In this document: piece after piece, positions 8,392 through 17,941 of the stretch | Position numbering within the stretch: position 1 is the stretch's first letter | Layout: each line of letters begins with the position of its first letter | Source of the DNA: Hyperthermus butylicus DSM 5456 | Lineage (GTDB): Archaea; Thermoproteota; Thermoprotei_A; Sulfolobales; Pyrodictiaceae | Direction: 5' to 3' | NCBI RefSeq assembly: GCF_000015145.1 | Contig: NC_008818.1 | Span: forward strand, 540,001 to 572,000 | Length of the DNA stretch: 32,000 bases | Program-made: the position numbers and the translations under genes | Notes under the pieces: generated by a model | Told to the model about the DNA's origin: nothing | The model's input: the letters and a program-made list of their open reading frames with translations, nothing else | Databases searched by the model: none

Positions 8392-9549
8392 TTACCCCCC
8401 GGCTCCCCTCTCCACGGGGCCTCTTATAAGGTGCTCTCCGTGGCTTCTTTCTGGAACAACCCTCGAGCCTATAGCTGCAGCTGTGGCTGCTGCGAGGAAT
8501 GCTGCTACTGCTAGTGCGTTGTAGGTGCTTGTTTCACCTCTGAGCCTTGCGGCTGACAGAAGTACAATGCCGGCAATGCTGTAGGCTGATGATACGGCGG
8601 CGGAGCCCATGGCTTCTCCTACGAGTCTTGCGGCATACTTGTAGATGGCTACGTCGAAGAGAGGGTAAAGTGGAAGCAGCCAGACGGCCATGAAGATTGG
8701 GCCGTGGGTTGATGCTAGTAGCGGGATGTAGCCGGCATATAATATGAGCACTAGTGGGAGCACACGAGCCTCCCCAATGCGGTCTACGAGGCTGCCAGCG
8801 TAGGGCCTAACAGCGGCACCTATGAAGCCGCTCAGAGCTATGCCCAAGGCGTAGCCCAGTCTTTCCATCTCCACGCTGAGCTTAGCCATGTATATTGTGC
8901 CCACTATCTCGGTGCCCACAAAGGCCAGGCTAGCTGGTATAATGGCGACAGCAAAGTATCTCAGTCTCGTCAGTCCTTTGCCTCCCTTCCTGCTAGGCCT
9001 AGCCTGCGGCATCAAACCTAGCACTAGGTATATCGCGGCTACAATAATGCCTGAAACCACTAGCACCACGTCTGCGCCGACGTAGGCGGCGAGTATCGGT
9101 GCAGCTGCGCCGCCCAAGCTCCAACCAATTGTGCCTCCAGCAAGCACTATGCCGAGAGAGCGGGCGCTAAGCCCCGACACGGTGAGGGCGTAGCCCAGAA
9201 TCTGTGGCCCGGCGAGGCTCCAGGAGAAGCTAGCTATGAGGGCAGCAAGCCAGAGCAGTTCGGGTCTGTGGAGCCAGATACCGGTTAGCGAGAGGAACAA
9301 TCCCTCAGCAATGCCTAGGAGGAAGATAGGCCTATACCCAAGTCTTTCAGCAAGTATGGCGCCCAGAACACCCGCTATCGTAGGTATAGTCTCGGCAGCA
9401 GCAAGCATGACAAGGTACTCGCTACTCCCGCTATAAACCATCCTGGTCAGGGCGAAGTATGCACTCCACCCAGCAACGTGCAGCAGCTGTAGCCCCGCTA
9501 GCAGCAGCTCTAGTCTCATCAAGGGGCAGCACCCAGCCACTGATAACAC
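8392..9549 (-). CDS. MFS-type transporter
   Basis: About 10-12 hydrophobic segments; MFS-like loops AERLGYRPIFLLGIAEGLF and GSLVDRIGEARVLPLVLI. Confidence 0.85.
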   Translation of the reverse strand: MLSVAGCCPLMRLELLLAGLQLLHVAGWSAYFALTRMVYSGSSEYLVMLAAAETIPTIAGVLGAILAERLGYRPIFLLGIAEGLFLSLTGIWLHRPELLWLAALIASFSWSLAGPQILGYALTVSGLSARSLGIVLAGGTIGWSLGGAAAPILAAYVGADVVLVVSGIIVAAIYLVLGLMPQARPSRKGGKGLTRLRYFAVAIIPASLAFVGTEIVGTIYMAKLSVEMERLGYALGIALSGFIGAAVRPYAGSLVDRIGEARVLPLVLILYAGYIPLLASTHGPIFMAVWLLPLYPLFDVAIYKYAARLVGEAMGSAAVSSAYSIAGIVLLSAARLRGETSTYNALAVAAFLAAATAAAIGSRVVPERSHGEHLIRGPVERGAGG

Positions 9550-9618
9550 GGCAGGTATACAAGGTGATACAATACGGATAATATTCGTGGGCTTAGGGTT
9601 AGGGGGAGTGTGTAGCTA

Positions 9619-10854
9619 TTGGCGTGGGAGCCTCCCGTACCACGTGAACCCACAGCCGAGCCTCCAGTACCACACTTGGCTGAGGAGGAAGAGGAGCTAG
9701 AGTTTACCCCGGCGATACGTAGCCTCCTAGAGAAGAGCAGAGACATCGCGGAGGAGATAATAAAGAGGCTAATGGAGTTTCGCGAGCCTAGTGGAGGGAG
9801 CGGTGAGAGGCTCTGGGAGAAAATAGAGTCGGTTGTTATACGCGGCCAGCTAGGCTATGAGGAGCCCCTACCAGGCCTAGCAATAGATTCGACATTCCCC
9901 ATCGACGGTGGCATGGAGCTTATTGGGGGTAGGCTGGTTGCAATAGTAGCAGGCTACGTTAGCTTTGGCAGGCTCCAGGGCAGAATACTGCCGCGGCAAT
10001 CCTTTGCAAGTGTAAGGCTTGTAGATACTGAGGAGGCATTGAAAACTATCCCCTACCACGCTAAGCTCTACGAGAAGAAGCTGGCCATGAAGCTACTAAA
10101 GGCCATTGAGAACGGTGACGCGGATGCGAAGATAATACTGTTCGACGGCGAGCTTGTACCATACGCACTCCTCTTTAAGAGTCCCGAGTCAATAGGGAAG
10201 AGCCGCATATTATCAAGGCTATCGACTATAATGCAGAAGCTGCTGGAGAAGGCTAGGGAGCACCGCATAACCCTTGTAGGCGTTGTCAAGAGGAGCTACT
10301 CTAAGCTACTAGCAGTCTATACTGGGCGTAGGCTACCATTAAACGATAAGGCTGTTATGAGCCTAGTCCTAGACTACGGCGAATACGCTGTCGTGGGCAG
10401 GTTTGGCGACATCCTACCCAGGTACGCTGAGATAATTGCCCGCGAGAAGGGGGTAGACCCGAAGAAGTATAGGAGCATAGTGTCTGTAAACCTTAGCAAC
10501 TGCCCCGACTGCAGCAACATAGTCGTAGCCTTCTACAAGCCCCACACCAGGACACCTAGCCACCAAGCCGTAAGAGTCGAGGTGCTAGACTTTGGAGGTT
10601 ATGGGTTAGAGAGGATACTTTCAATGCTGAACAAGCTTACAAACCCCGGGACAGGGCTGCCATACCCTATAGACCTTGTAGACGAGTACATTAGGCTAGA
10701 AGCTAGGGTTCTCGAGCTGGTGAGAAGGAAGGTTATAGGCCATATAGCTCAGGTGCTTGATGTGGTTGGTCCGGGAGCGGTAATGCTGCTAGGCCATACT
10801 AACCCGGAGAAAAGATACATCTACGAGCCGAGGCGCAGGTTTACAGTAGGCTAA
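9619..10854 (+). CDS. nurA: NurA-domain 5'-3' nuclease
   Basis: GLAIDSTFPIDGGMELIGGRLVAIVAGYVSFG (NurA motif), KIILFDGELVPYALL, C-terminal VLLGHTNPEKRYIYEPRRRFTVG; adjacent to herA. Confidence 0.85.
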   Translation: MAWEPPVPREPTAEPPVPHLAEEEEELEFTPAIRSLLEKSRDIAEEIIKRLMEFREPSGGSGERLWEKIESVVIRGQLGYEEPLPGLAIDSTFPIDGGMELIGGRLVAIVAGYVSFGRLQGRILPRQSFASVRLVDTEEALKTIPYHAKLYEKKLAMKLLKAIENGDADAKIILFDGELVPYALLFKSPESIGKSRILSRLSTIMQKLLEKAREHRITLVGVVKRSYSKLLAVYTGRRLPLNDKAVMSLVLDYGEYAVVGRFGDILPRYAEIIAREKGVDPKKYRSIVSVNLSNCPDCSNIVVAFYKPHTRTPSHQAVRVEVLDFGGYGLERILSMLNKLTNPGTGLPYPIDLVDEYIRLEARVLELVRRKVIGHIAQVLDVVGPGAVMLLGHTNPEKRYIYEPRRRFTVG

Positions 10855-12395
10855 ATCTGTACCTCGTCAACTCGTAGCAGCATTGGGCGCCGCAGCGGAT
10901 TCATGAGGCCGGCCACGTAGAACTCTCTCCTACCCAGCATTGCAAGGCTAGCCTCCGTAACCTTGCCAAGATCCAGGTAGCCTGCTAGCTCCTGCAGGTC
11001 GCCCGTAGCCTGGAGCTTCGAGAAGAATACCGTGCCGAGATTGCTCCGGATACTCGTCTTGATATCTCTCGTTATTCTCTGGCTAGCAACGATTATGAAG
11101 AACCTCCACTTCCTCCCCTCCCTCGCTATGGTCTCCAACGCGTAGCTGGAAGCTCCACAGTGTTCGCACGCGTAGTTCTGAGCCTCATCCACGACCAGGC
11201 CGAGGTTTATCGGCTCCCGCCGCTCAGAGATGATCTCCCACACTGCAGATGCTATTGAGGCTAGTATGCCCCTCTTAACCTCAATATCCCTCTCATCACT
11301 TGCATCGAGGACCACCGCGCCAGACGACAACGCCTTCTCAACGATATCCCGAGGCTCATAACCCCTCGTCTTGAGACTGTCGAAGAGCTCTGGCGGCAAG
11401 GAGAACCGGGCTAGTAGCCTTAGCTTGGCTAGCGTTGGCGTCTTGAGGTTAAAGGCTTGGCCTACAACACCGAGTATGCCTAGGAACTCGTCGAACCCGC
11501 TAGCATTGCTGCCAGCTTGGCTGCTAGGCTGTGTTAGTCTTTTCTGCCGGTATACTGACCCGGTTGTGAGCTGCTGACACTCTGACGCGATGGCGGCTCC
11601 TCTGCCCTGTCCAGAGCTGTTGTAGCCATAGGCTGAGGCTGCATAGCACATAGCCGCGACTTCCACGGCATCCCTCTGGGTGCTCTGTAGGCTCCCCATC
11701 ATCCTTGTGACTATTGATGCTAGTATCTGGGGCTCTATCCTCACGCTACTAGCGCTTATCACTGGTATCCCGAGCTTCTTGGCTAGAGGCACATAGTCCA
11801 CACCGCTGTGGTCGAAGATTATGAGTTTATAGCCTGCACTAATTAGTTCCTGGATTAGCTTGGCTACAAGCCGGCTCTTGCCCGTACCAGTAGCTCCGAA
11901 GACACCTACGTGGTAGTTTATCCAGGCGGTGTCAAGGGGGAGTCTCCACCCGCTATACTTGTGCCTGCCCACGAACACTGGGCTGCTAACAGTGAGAAAC
12001 TCTGTGAGGGGCTCCGCGTTAGTAAGCCTAAACACCCTGCTACCCGGCGTGGGCGCATAGATATTGCTCTGGAAGCCCTGGCCAGAACTGCACAGCTTAC
12101 CGTTTAGGCATATGGCGCCGTAGATTTCCACGTATGCGTTGGTGAAAGGCATAACGGTCTCAATGCTCAATGCGTCGGGATGCTCTATGTAGATGTTGTG
12201 GATGCTCCTCCGGAGGAAGGGCTCATACCGGGTTATCCACCTAACCACACCGAGCATATAGTAGTCTTCTAGTCTGTGGTCATAGATGACTACCAGGTCC
12301 TCCTCGCGTACCTCAAGCTCACGATCCCTGCGCAGTGCTATTGGCGCGAATGCTACGCTGGCTCCACTAAGTACTATACCTACCTCCTCGCCCAT
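10851..12395 (-). CDS. herA: HerA-type bipolar DNA helicase/translocase (DUF87, HAS-barrel)
   Basis: Walker A VGVFGATGTGKSRLV, Walker B LGLVVDEAQNY, arginine-finger region EGRKWRFFIIVASQR; the ORF extends to 12431 but MGEEVGIV at 12395 is the likelier start. Confidence 0.88.
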   Translation of the reverse strand: MGEEVGIVLSGASVAFAPIALRRDRELEVREEDLVVIYDHRLEDYYMLGVVRWITRYEPFLRRSIHNIYIEHPDALSIETVMPFTNAYVEIYGAICLNGKLCSSGQGFQSNIYAPTPGSRVFRLTNAEPLTEFLTVSSPVFVGRHKYSGWRLPLDTAWINYHVGVFGATGTGKSRLVAKLIQELISAGYKLIIFDHSGVDYVPLAKKLGIPVISASSVRIEPQILASIVTRMMGSLQSTQRDAVEVAAMCYAASAYGYNSSGQGRGAAIASECQQLTTGSVYRQKRLTQPSSQAGSNASGFDEFLGILGVVGQAFNLKTPTLAKLRLLARFSLPPELFDSLKTRGYEPRDIVEKALSSGAVVLDASDERDIEVKRGILASIASAVWEIISERREPINLGLVVDEAQNYACEHCGASSYALETIAREGRKWRFFIIVASQRITRDIKTSIRSNLGTVFFSKLQATGDLQELAGYLDLGKVTEASLAMLGRREFYVAGLMNPLRRPMLLRVDEVQI

Positions 12396-12467
12396 CCGCG
12401 CTAGTGGTAGAGCCAAGGGGGCTCTCCACAATATAGCCTATAGCGATAATACCTAATAACGAGAAGC

Positions 12468-13652
12468 CTAGTAGACAAAGGCCATTAACGCCTTGAGGTA
12501 GTCTAGGTGTGGCGCTGAAGGCCTTACAGGGTGGTCTGGTGGCATTCCGCGGATACCCCCTACCGGTGTGTAGCTGCGCCCGGCTCTTGCAAAGCTCTCG
12601 GCAACAATGCTTGCGAAGTCGCTGCGGGAGAGGTGTGTGCTACAGCTGCTAAGCAGTACTACACCGCCCCTCTCTACAAGGTTTATGGAGGCAGTATAGA
12701 GCCTACGGTATGCCTTTACCCCCTTCTCCCAGTCCTTGGGGTCCGGTATGAATGCTGGCGGATCGACTGCTATGGAGGTGAATCTTGTATCCTTCAGTTT
12801 CTTCAGTACGGCCCACACGTTATCAGCAATGATCTCCGCAGCGTCTGCTACCTTGTTAAGCTCTAGGTTTAGCTTTAGCAGCTCTATAGCCTTCTCGTCC
12901 TCCTCGACGAAGACAGCCCTCTCCGCGCCAGCTACGAGAGCGTGTATTCCGAAGCCACCAGTGTAGCTGAAGAGGTCCAGAACGGTGCCGTGAGCAAGTC
13001 TGCCGAAGTCTATCCGGTTCAGCCTTTGGTCCAGGAAGAACCCGGTCTTCTGTCCAAGACGGACGTCCACGTAGAACCTTGCATCCCCCTCCCGTATCAC
13101 GGTGCGAGTCTTCGTTCCGTAGCGCAGCCCCTCACGCGGCTTGAGGCCTATATCCTTCCGGGTTCTCTGCACGCTCTTCTCGTAGACCGTATTCACACCA
13201 GTGACCTCCACGACGGCTTCAACAACCGCGTCCATGTGAATATCCCAGACTATGCTGCTAGACTGTACCACCGCTACGTCGCTGTAGACGTCTACGATGA
13301 GTCCGGGGAGGTAGTCGCCGTCGCTGTGCACGAGTCTGTACCCAGCCTCGGGCCCAGCTAGGCCTAGGCGGCGCCGCGCCTCGAAAGCCCTAGAGATAAG
13401 AGTCCTAACGGCCTCTCGTGGGCTACTGTAGCTGCAGCCGCCAAGCTCTATGACGCGCAGCGCTACGGGGCCAACAGTATCGTATAGTGCGCAGCCAACA
13501 GTCTCTCCCCTTGGAGACTCGACGACCACCAGCTCGCCGGGCTCAAGCCCATGTGGAGCTTCAACCCATTTACGGTAGACCATTAATACGCCCCGGGTCA
13601 AGAGCAGCTTCAGTCCCTCACCTCTCACCCGTACCGAGCGCAAGGGCTCCAT
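12468..13652 (-). CDS. PUA-domain class I SAM-dependent rRNA (cytosine) methyltransferase, RlmI-like
   Basis: N-terminal PUA-like region, ENVWAVLKKLKD...; FLDQRLNRIDFG, VLDLFSYTGGFGIHALVAGA, SIAVDPPAF, SSCSTHLS. Confidence 0.9.
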   Translation of the reverse strand: MEPLRSVRVRGEGLKLLLTRGVLMVYRKWVEAPHGLEPGELVVVESPRGETVGCALYDTVGPVALRVIELGGCSYSSPREAVRTLISRAFEARRRLGLAGPEAGYRLVHSDGDYLPGLIVDVYSDVAVVQSSSIVWDIHMDAVVEAVVEVTGVNTVYEKSVQRTRKDIGLKPREGLRYGTKTRTVIREGDARFYVDVRLGQKTGFFLDQRLNRIDFGRLAHGTVLDLFSYTGGFGIHALVAGAERAVFVEEDEKAIELLKLNLELNKVADAAEIIADNVWAVLKKLKDTRFTSIAVDPPAFIPDPKDWEKGVKAYRRLYTASINLVERGGVVLLSSCSTHLSRSDFASIVAESFARAGRSYTPVGGIRGMPPDHPVRPSAPHLDYLKALMAFVY

Positions 13653-13667
13653 GGTGCTGGTCCCTCC

Positions 13668-14132
13668 TCACAGCAGATTCTCAGCGGCGATGAGAGGTGT
13701 CGATACTAACACTAGCGAGGCCAGGCCACCAGCGAGTAGGGATACCAGCCTCTCTTTCCTCGTAAACCCCAGTATTAGCGCTACAAGCGAGCCAGTGTAC
13801 ATTCCCGTGAATGGTAGGGGTATAGCGACAAAGGCTGCCAGCCCAAGCGCGCCGTAGCGCTCTACGAGCCCCCTATGCTTCTCTGCGAGCCTTCTAGCCC
13901 TCTCGAGGATCAACCATGCAGCTGGCATGCGTGGCCCCATTCTCTCGAGCAACACCTCTAGCTTTTCAACCAGGAGCGAGAGTGCGAGGGAGAGCATGAC
14001 GACCTCAACAACAGCAATAGCTATGGCTGGCGCTGTGCCAAGCATAGCTGCGAGTAGTAGCAACGTATAGCGCGGCTCGAAGCCAGGCGCAAGCCCCAGC
14101 ACTATGGCTGTCAAGACGCTGGTGCTGGGCAT
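13668..14132 (-). CDS. Integral membrane protein, COG2426/small multidrug export-like
   Basis: MPSTSVLTAIVLGLAPGFEPRYTLLLLAAMLG...YGALGLAAFVAIPLPFTGMYTGSLVALILGFTRKE; the ORF track extends to 14336 but MPSTS is the likely start. Confidence 0.7.
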   Translation of the reverse strand: MPSTSVLTAIVLGLAPGFEPRYTLLLLAAMLGTAPAIAIAVVEVVMLSLALSLLVEKLEVLLERMGPRMPAAWLILERARRLAEKHRGLVERYGALGLAAFVAIPLPFTGMYTGSLVALILGFTRKERLVSLLAGGLASLVLVSTPLIAAENLL

Positions 14133-14260
14133 GATGCGTGCTACCCTACAAGGCATTCTCTGCAGGTGGTAGCCTCTTAGCCGAAACATCAGCAAGGTAA
14201 ACCGATATATTTCCTCACCAGCACACCATATGTGACAGCAAGCTGTAGGTATGGAGTGCC

Positions 14261-15211
14261 TTGACTGGGGCTGTGCGTCTAGAGGGGCCAGTTTATAGTC
14301 TCGAGCTGCGTTATGATCCGGACAGCTATAGTCCAAGGGACACCATGAGGACCTATAGTTTTGGCTGGATGTACTGGGGTGAGGATAGGGGCTACATAGA
14401 GCTGTGTAGGGGCAGCGTAGCCGAGGTATCCTGGTCAGACGCTGTTCTCTCCGTGAGAGTGTTCTCAGAGCCCGGCACGCGTTGCTGGGAGATGGCTATC
14501 AACAATATTGCGGGTATGCTGGGCGTTAACGAGGACCTGGCTGAGTACTGGAGGCTAGCGCGTGGCGACCCCCTCGTTGGCGGGCTGGCGGAGTCTATGA
14601 GAGGGCTCCGGCTGCGACAGACAAGCATCTGGTATGGCTTTCTCGTAGCAGTCTGCCAGCAGAATGTCAGCTTCCGGCAAGGCTGGAACATGCTGTACAG
14701 GCTACACCTCAACGCATCCAGGCGCCTCGTCCTCCCTAACGGTCGTGTCTACCTTGAAACTCCAAGCCCTCAGAACCTAAGCTTCGAAGTGCTACGCTCA
14801 TCCGGCCTAGGCTACCGAGCTAGGACGGTGTTGAACCTGGTAAGTGCGCGAGCATGGGAGCTAGAGTGCGGCAACCTAGAGGAGGCCCGTAGCGTATTGG
14901 GCGTTGGCAACTATACAGTGTCGCTGGTAGAGCTGCTTGCATGCCGCAACTATAGCAGTCTTCTGCTAGACCGGTGGCTTCGCAGGCTTGCAGCCGAGGC
15001 GTACAAGGTTTCGGAGCGGGAGGCTGCGAAAGCGCTAACTGAGAGGTTCGGAGAGTGGAGGGGGTTGGCGGCAATACATACAACAATAGCCTTTGATGCT
15101 GAGCCTTCGCGGCGGGCGCTTGAGAGGCTTAGAAGGGGTGAAAACAAGCCGGGACGGGTAGAGCCGTCACCCATATCGCTCTGGAAGCATACGCCTCCTG
15201 TTAGCTCTTAG
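14261..15211 (+). CDS. HhH-GPD superfamily DNA glycosylase-like protein (OGG/AlkA type)
   Basis: QTSIWYGFLVAVCQQNVSFRQGWNMLYRL resembles the glycosylase core; a late conserved-position Asp occurs in LLLDRWLRRL. Confidence 0.6.
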   Translation: MTGAVRLEGPVYSLELRYDPDSYSPRDTMRTYSFGWMYWGEDRGYIELCRGSVAEVSWSDAVLSVRVFSEPGTRCWEMAINNIAGMLGVNEDLAEYWRLARGDPLVGGLAESMRGLRLRQTSIWYGFLVAVCQQNVSFRQGWNMLYRLHLNASRRLVLPNGRVYLETPSPQNLSFEVLRSSGLGYRARTVLNLVSARAWELECGNLEEARSVLGVGNYTVSLVELLACRNYSSLLLDRWLRRLAAEAYKVSEREAAKALTERFGEWRGLAAIHTTIAFDAEPSRRALERLRRGENKPGRVEPSPISLWKHTPPVSS

Positions 15212-15863
15212 GCAGGAACCTAGCTAGAAGCCTGGCGAACGGCGGCAGTATCCTCGTTTGCACGTAGACCGTTGCGGGCCCAGTAACCTCTATGACGAAG
15301 CCCTCGCCGCCGAAGAGGAAGGTTTTGAGTCCACCAAACTTTCTCACAGTATACCTTGTATCGGCTGGCATAGCTACGAAGTGGTAGTTGTCGATTACTA
15401 ACCTCTCTCCAGGACCGACCTCAACCCTCTCAATACCACCATAACTGTTAACCCATACAATTCCATGCCCCTCAACCTTGAGCCAGAACAGCTCACCTTC
15501 AGCTATAAGGCCACGGAGCCCCCGAAACGATGCTGTAACCTTTAGGTCACCATAGTGTGCAAGGTAACTCGCATCCTGTATCACCCATTCACCATTAACC
15601 TCTATCGTGTCAATATCTCCCGGCAAGCTCGGTGCAAACCATACCTCCGCTCTACTCCTGGCGCGGTATCTGTTAAGGAAGAAGCTTTCACTGCCTGCCA
15701 GCTTGCGCAATAAACCCGAGGTAATGCCTCCACTCTGAGTTCTAACCTCAACATCGCCTCGGAGAAGCATCAATGCACCAGGCTCGCTCCAGACTTCCTC
15801 ACCGGGTTCAAGCTCTACCTTTAGCACAGCATAAGCAGGACGATAGTCTATACGCCATTTCAA
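15201..15863 (-). CDS. AIM24/TIGR00266 family protein
   Basis: AVLKVELEPGEEVWSEPGALMLLRGDVEVRTQSGG... typical AIM24 beta-rich sequence. Confidence 0.85.
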   Translation of the reverse strand: MKWRIDYRPAYAVLKVELEPGEEVWSEPGALMLLRGDVEVRTQSGGITSGLLRKLAGSESFFLNRYRARSRAEVWFAPSLPGDIDTIEVNGEWVIQDASYLAHYGDLKVTASFRGLRGLIAEGELFWLKVEGHGIVWVNSYGGIERVEVGPGERLVIDNYHFVAMPADTRYTVRKFGGLKTFLFGGEGFVIEVTGPATVYVQTRILPPFARLLARFLPKS

Positions 15864-15925
15864 ACTGCAATCCCTCCAAGACTACGTATTAGGCCTCGGA
15901 CCTATACATACTAGTGGTGTAAAGT

Positions 15926-16678
15926 GTGGGAGAACCGAATGTAAAGTTTGGAGTTCCAATACTTGATAAGCTTCTCCCTCGGGGGATTCCTCGTCGCAGC
16001 CTCGTCATAATGGTTGGGGATAGCGGTACTGGGAAGTCGTTAATCACCCAGCTCATGGCAGGCAGTTTCCTACAGCGTGGCGAGAAAGTGATATACGTGT
16101 GCCTCGACGATGATCCTGAAAGCATTGTCTCCAGCATGGAGTCCCGTGGTATCGAGGCAAGACGTTATGCCCGTGAGGGCAAGCTAATACTTGTGGATGC
16201 ATATGCTTCACGTTATGGGCTTGAAACGGAGGAGTATGTAGCCGAGAAAATTAGCAGCCTAGACATACATGGTGTTTCATCCATACTAGCAAGACTTGCA
16301 GATAACAATGGGATAAGGGACTCGGGGCTGGTGATTCTAGACAGCCTGAACTCTTTCGCCTTCCGGTACGAGCCCTCAATGCTATACGACTTCTTGAACA
16401 TGCTCAGGGTTAGCCTTGCAAAGAAGAGGGGGATAACGACAGTGGCAACGTTCCATACGCCAACCCAGCTATATGCCGAGATAGCTGCCACACTAGAGCA
16501 TATGGCTGACGTGTACATAATTATACGCTACCATGAAGAAGCCCTTGAGGCTGGTGTGGCTGTTCGCGAACTACTAATCAAGAAGGCTAAGGGTGTTCCA
16601 GTAATGTTTGGCTGGGTTAAGTTCGTAATAACTGATGAAGGTATACTCGAGGCGAAAGTTAGGAAGATTGAAGGATAA
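15926..16678 (+). CDS. KaiC-like RecA-superfamily ATPase
   Basis: KFGVPILDKLLPRGIPRRSLVIMVGDSGTGKSLITQLMAGSFLQRGEKVIYVCLDDDPES, LVILDSLNSF. Confidence 0.92.
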   Translation: MGEPNVKFGVPILDKLLPRGIPRRSLVIMVGDSGTGKSLITQLMAGSFLQRGEKVIYVCLDDDPESIVSSMESRGIEARRYAREGKLILVDAYASRYGLETEEYVAEKISSLDIHGVSSILARLADNNGIRDSGLVILDSLNSFAFRYEPSMLYDFLNMLRVSLAKKRGITTVATFHTPTQLYAEIAATLEHMADVYIIIRYHEEALEAGVAVRELLIKKAKGVPVMFGWVKFVITDEGILEAKVRKIEG

Positions 16679-16810
16679 CAACTCATTGCTCTTACCAGTT
16701 ACCCAACTATATTATCCCCTTGCACTATTCCCCCAGCCATCCGGTCAAGCCTCTCTGAGCATTCATCGAGTAGTACTATGTCGACAGTATCGCTGCGGTA
16801 GGCATGAAGG

Positions 16811-17941
16811 GTGCAATGTGGAATGGTTAGGAGGCTTGCAGTAAGAAAAATTCTGAGAGCACGTAGGGCTATTCGCGGAGTACTCGTAGTGGCTACCATA
16901 TCGCTAATCTTGTCCCTACTAGGCCTTGTAATGTATGTCTTCTATGTGCCGTCGGAAGTAATTCTGATGGAGGCCTTTGTATGGCTTATAGAGGCTTTAT
17001 CATTTGGTAGTCTTGCCCTAGCCTTCAAGATAGCTGCATCGAAAACAGTTACGTATCGTGCACGATACGAGCTGTTGAGGCTTGAAGCACTTGCTGCGCT
17101 GATAACGAGTGTAGTTGCTATGTTTGTCACGTCAACAATCATGTATAAGGCTGTAACAGCAGAGCACAGGGAGCCTTCACCAATAATAGTGTCGGTATAC
17201 CCTTTGGGCAGCGGTATCATGAGCTTCATACTCGAGCACAGGCTGTCAAGGATACTGCGTGGTATGCGCATTAAACTTGTAAGCGTTAGGATGATTGCTG
17301 AGAAGCTAAAGCTAGACGTAGTATTTGAGCTGGGTGGCGGCGTAGCAATAATAGCTGCAAACCTGCTAAACTCGGCACTATATGAGACTGTTGCAGCACT
17401 AGTAATGAGCGTCTATGTGCTCATGGGTCTTTATGGTATAGCTAGAGAGGCAGCAATGCATCTCCTAGGCCTTGTGCCAAAGAGCGTTCACCGCGACATG
17501 GAGGCAAAGGTTAGAGCGTTACTGCATAAGGTTACACGGTACCGTAGGATTAGAAGGCTAAAGCTGGAAAGCTACGGTACATTTAGCGAGGTGGAACTCT
17601 GGCTAGAGGCGCCATCATCAATAAGTCTTGGCGAGGCATACTATGAATCGATAAGGATAGCGCGTGAGCTAATACATAACATTCCAGAACTGTTGCGTGC
17701 ACTTGTTGTCCTTGTCCCAGAGAAAGAGGCCACAAGCCAGCTAGCAATGAGGCTTAGCGAGGAGGTGCCAAGAACGAGACTTGGTAGACGACGTCGTCAA
17801 GTCAGACTTTCCTCTTCTCGATCAGTTTCGCGATCTTTGAGAGGTAGCGTGCAGTCCTTACAGCCTCGGCAGGTACCTCGACGAGTTCAGAGCCAACAAC
17901 AACGAAGTGGCGACGGCGAATCCCAAGCTTCATCACCTTAA
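16811..17941 (+). CDS. Divergent cation diffusion facilitator-like membrane protein
   Basis: Multiple TM segments followed by YRRIRRLKLESYGTFSEVELWLEAPSSISLGEAYYESIRIARELIHNIPELLRALVVLVP, which resembles the CDF C-terminal domain. The last ~45 residues may be non-native. Confidence 0.55.
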   Translation: MQCGMVRRLAVRKILRARRAIRGVLVVATISLILSLLGLVMYVFYVPSEVILMEAFVWLIEALSFGSLALAFKIAASKTVTYRARYELLRLEALAALITSVVAMFVTSTIMYKAVTAEHREPSPIIVSVYPLGSGIMSFILEHRLSRILRGMRIKLVSVRMIAEKLKLDVVFELGGGVAIIAANLLNSALYETVAALVMSVYVLMGLYGIAREAAMHLLGLVPKSVHRDMEAKVRALLHKVTRYRRIRRLKLESYGTFSEVELWLEAPSSISLGEAYYESIRIARELIHNIPELLRALVVLVPEKEATSQLAMRLSEEVPRTRLGRRRRQVRLSSSRSVSRSLRGSVQSLQPRQVPRRVQSQQQRSGDGESQASSP

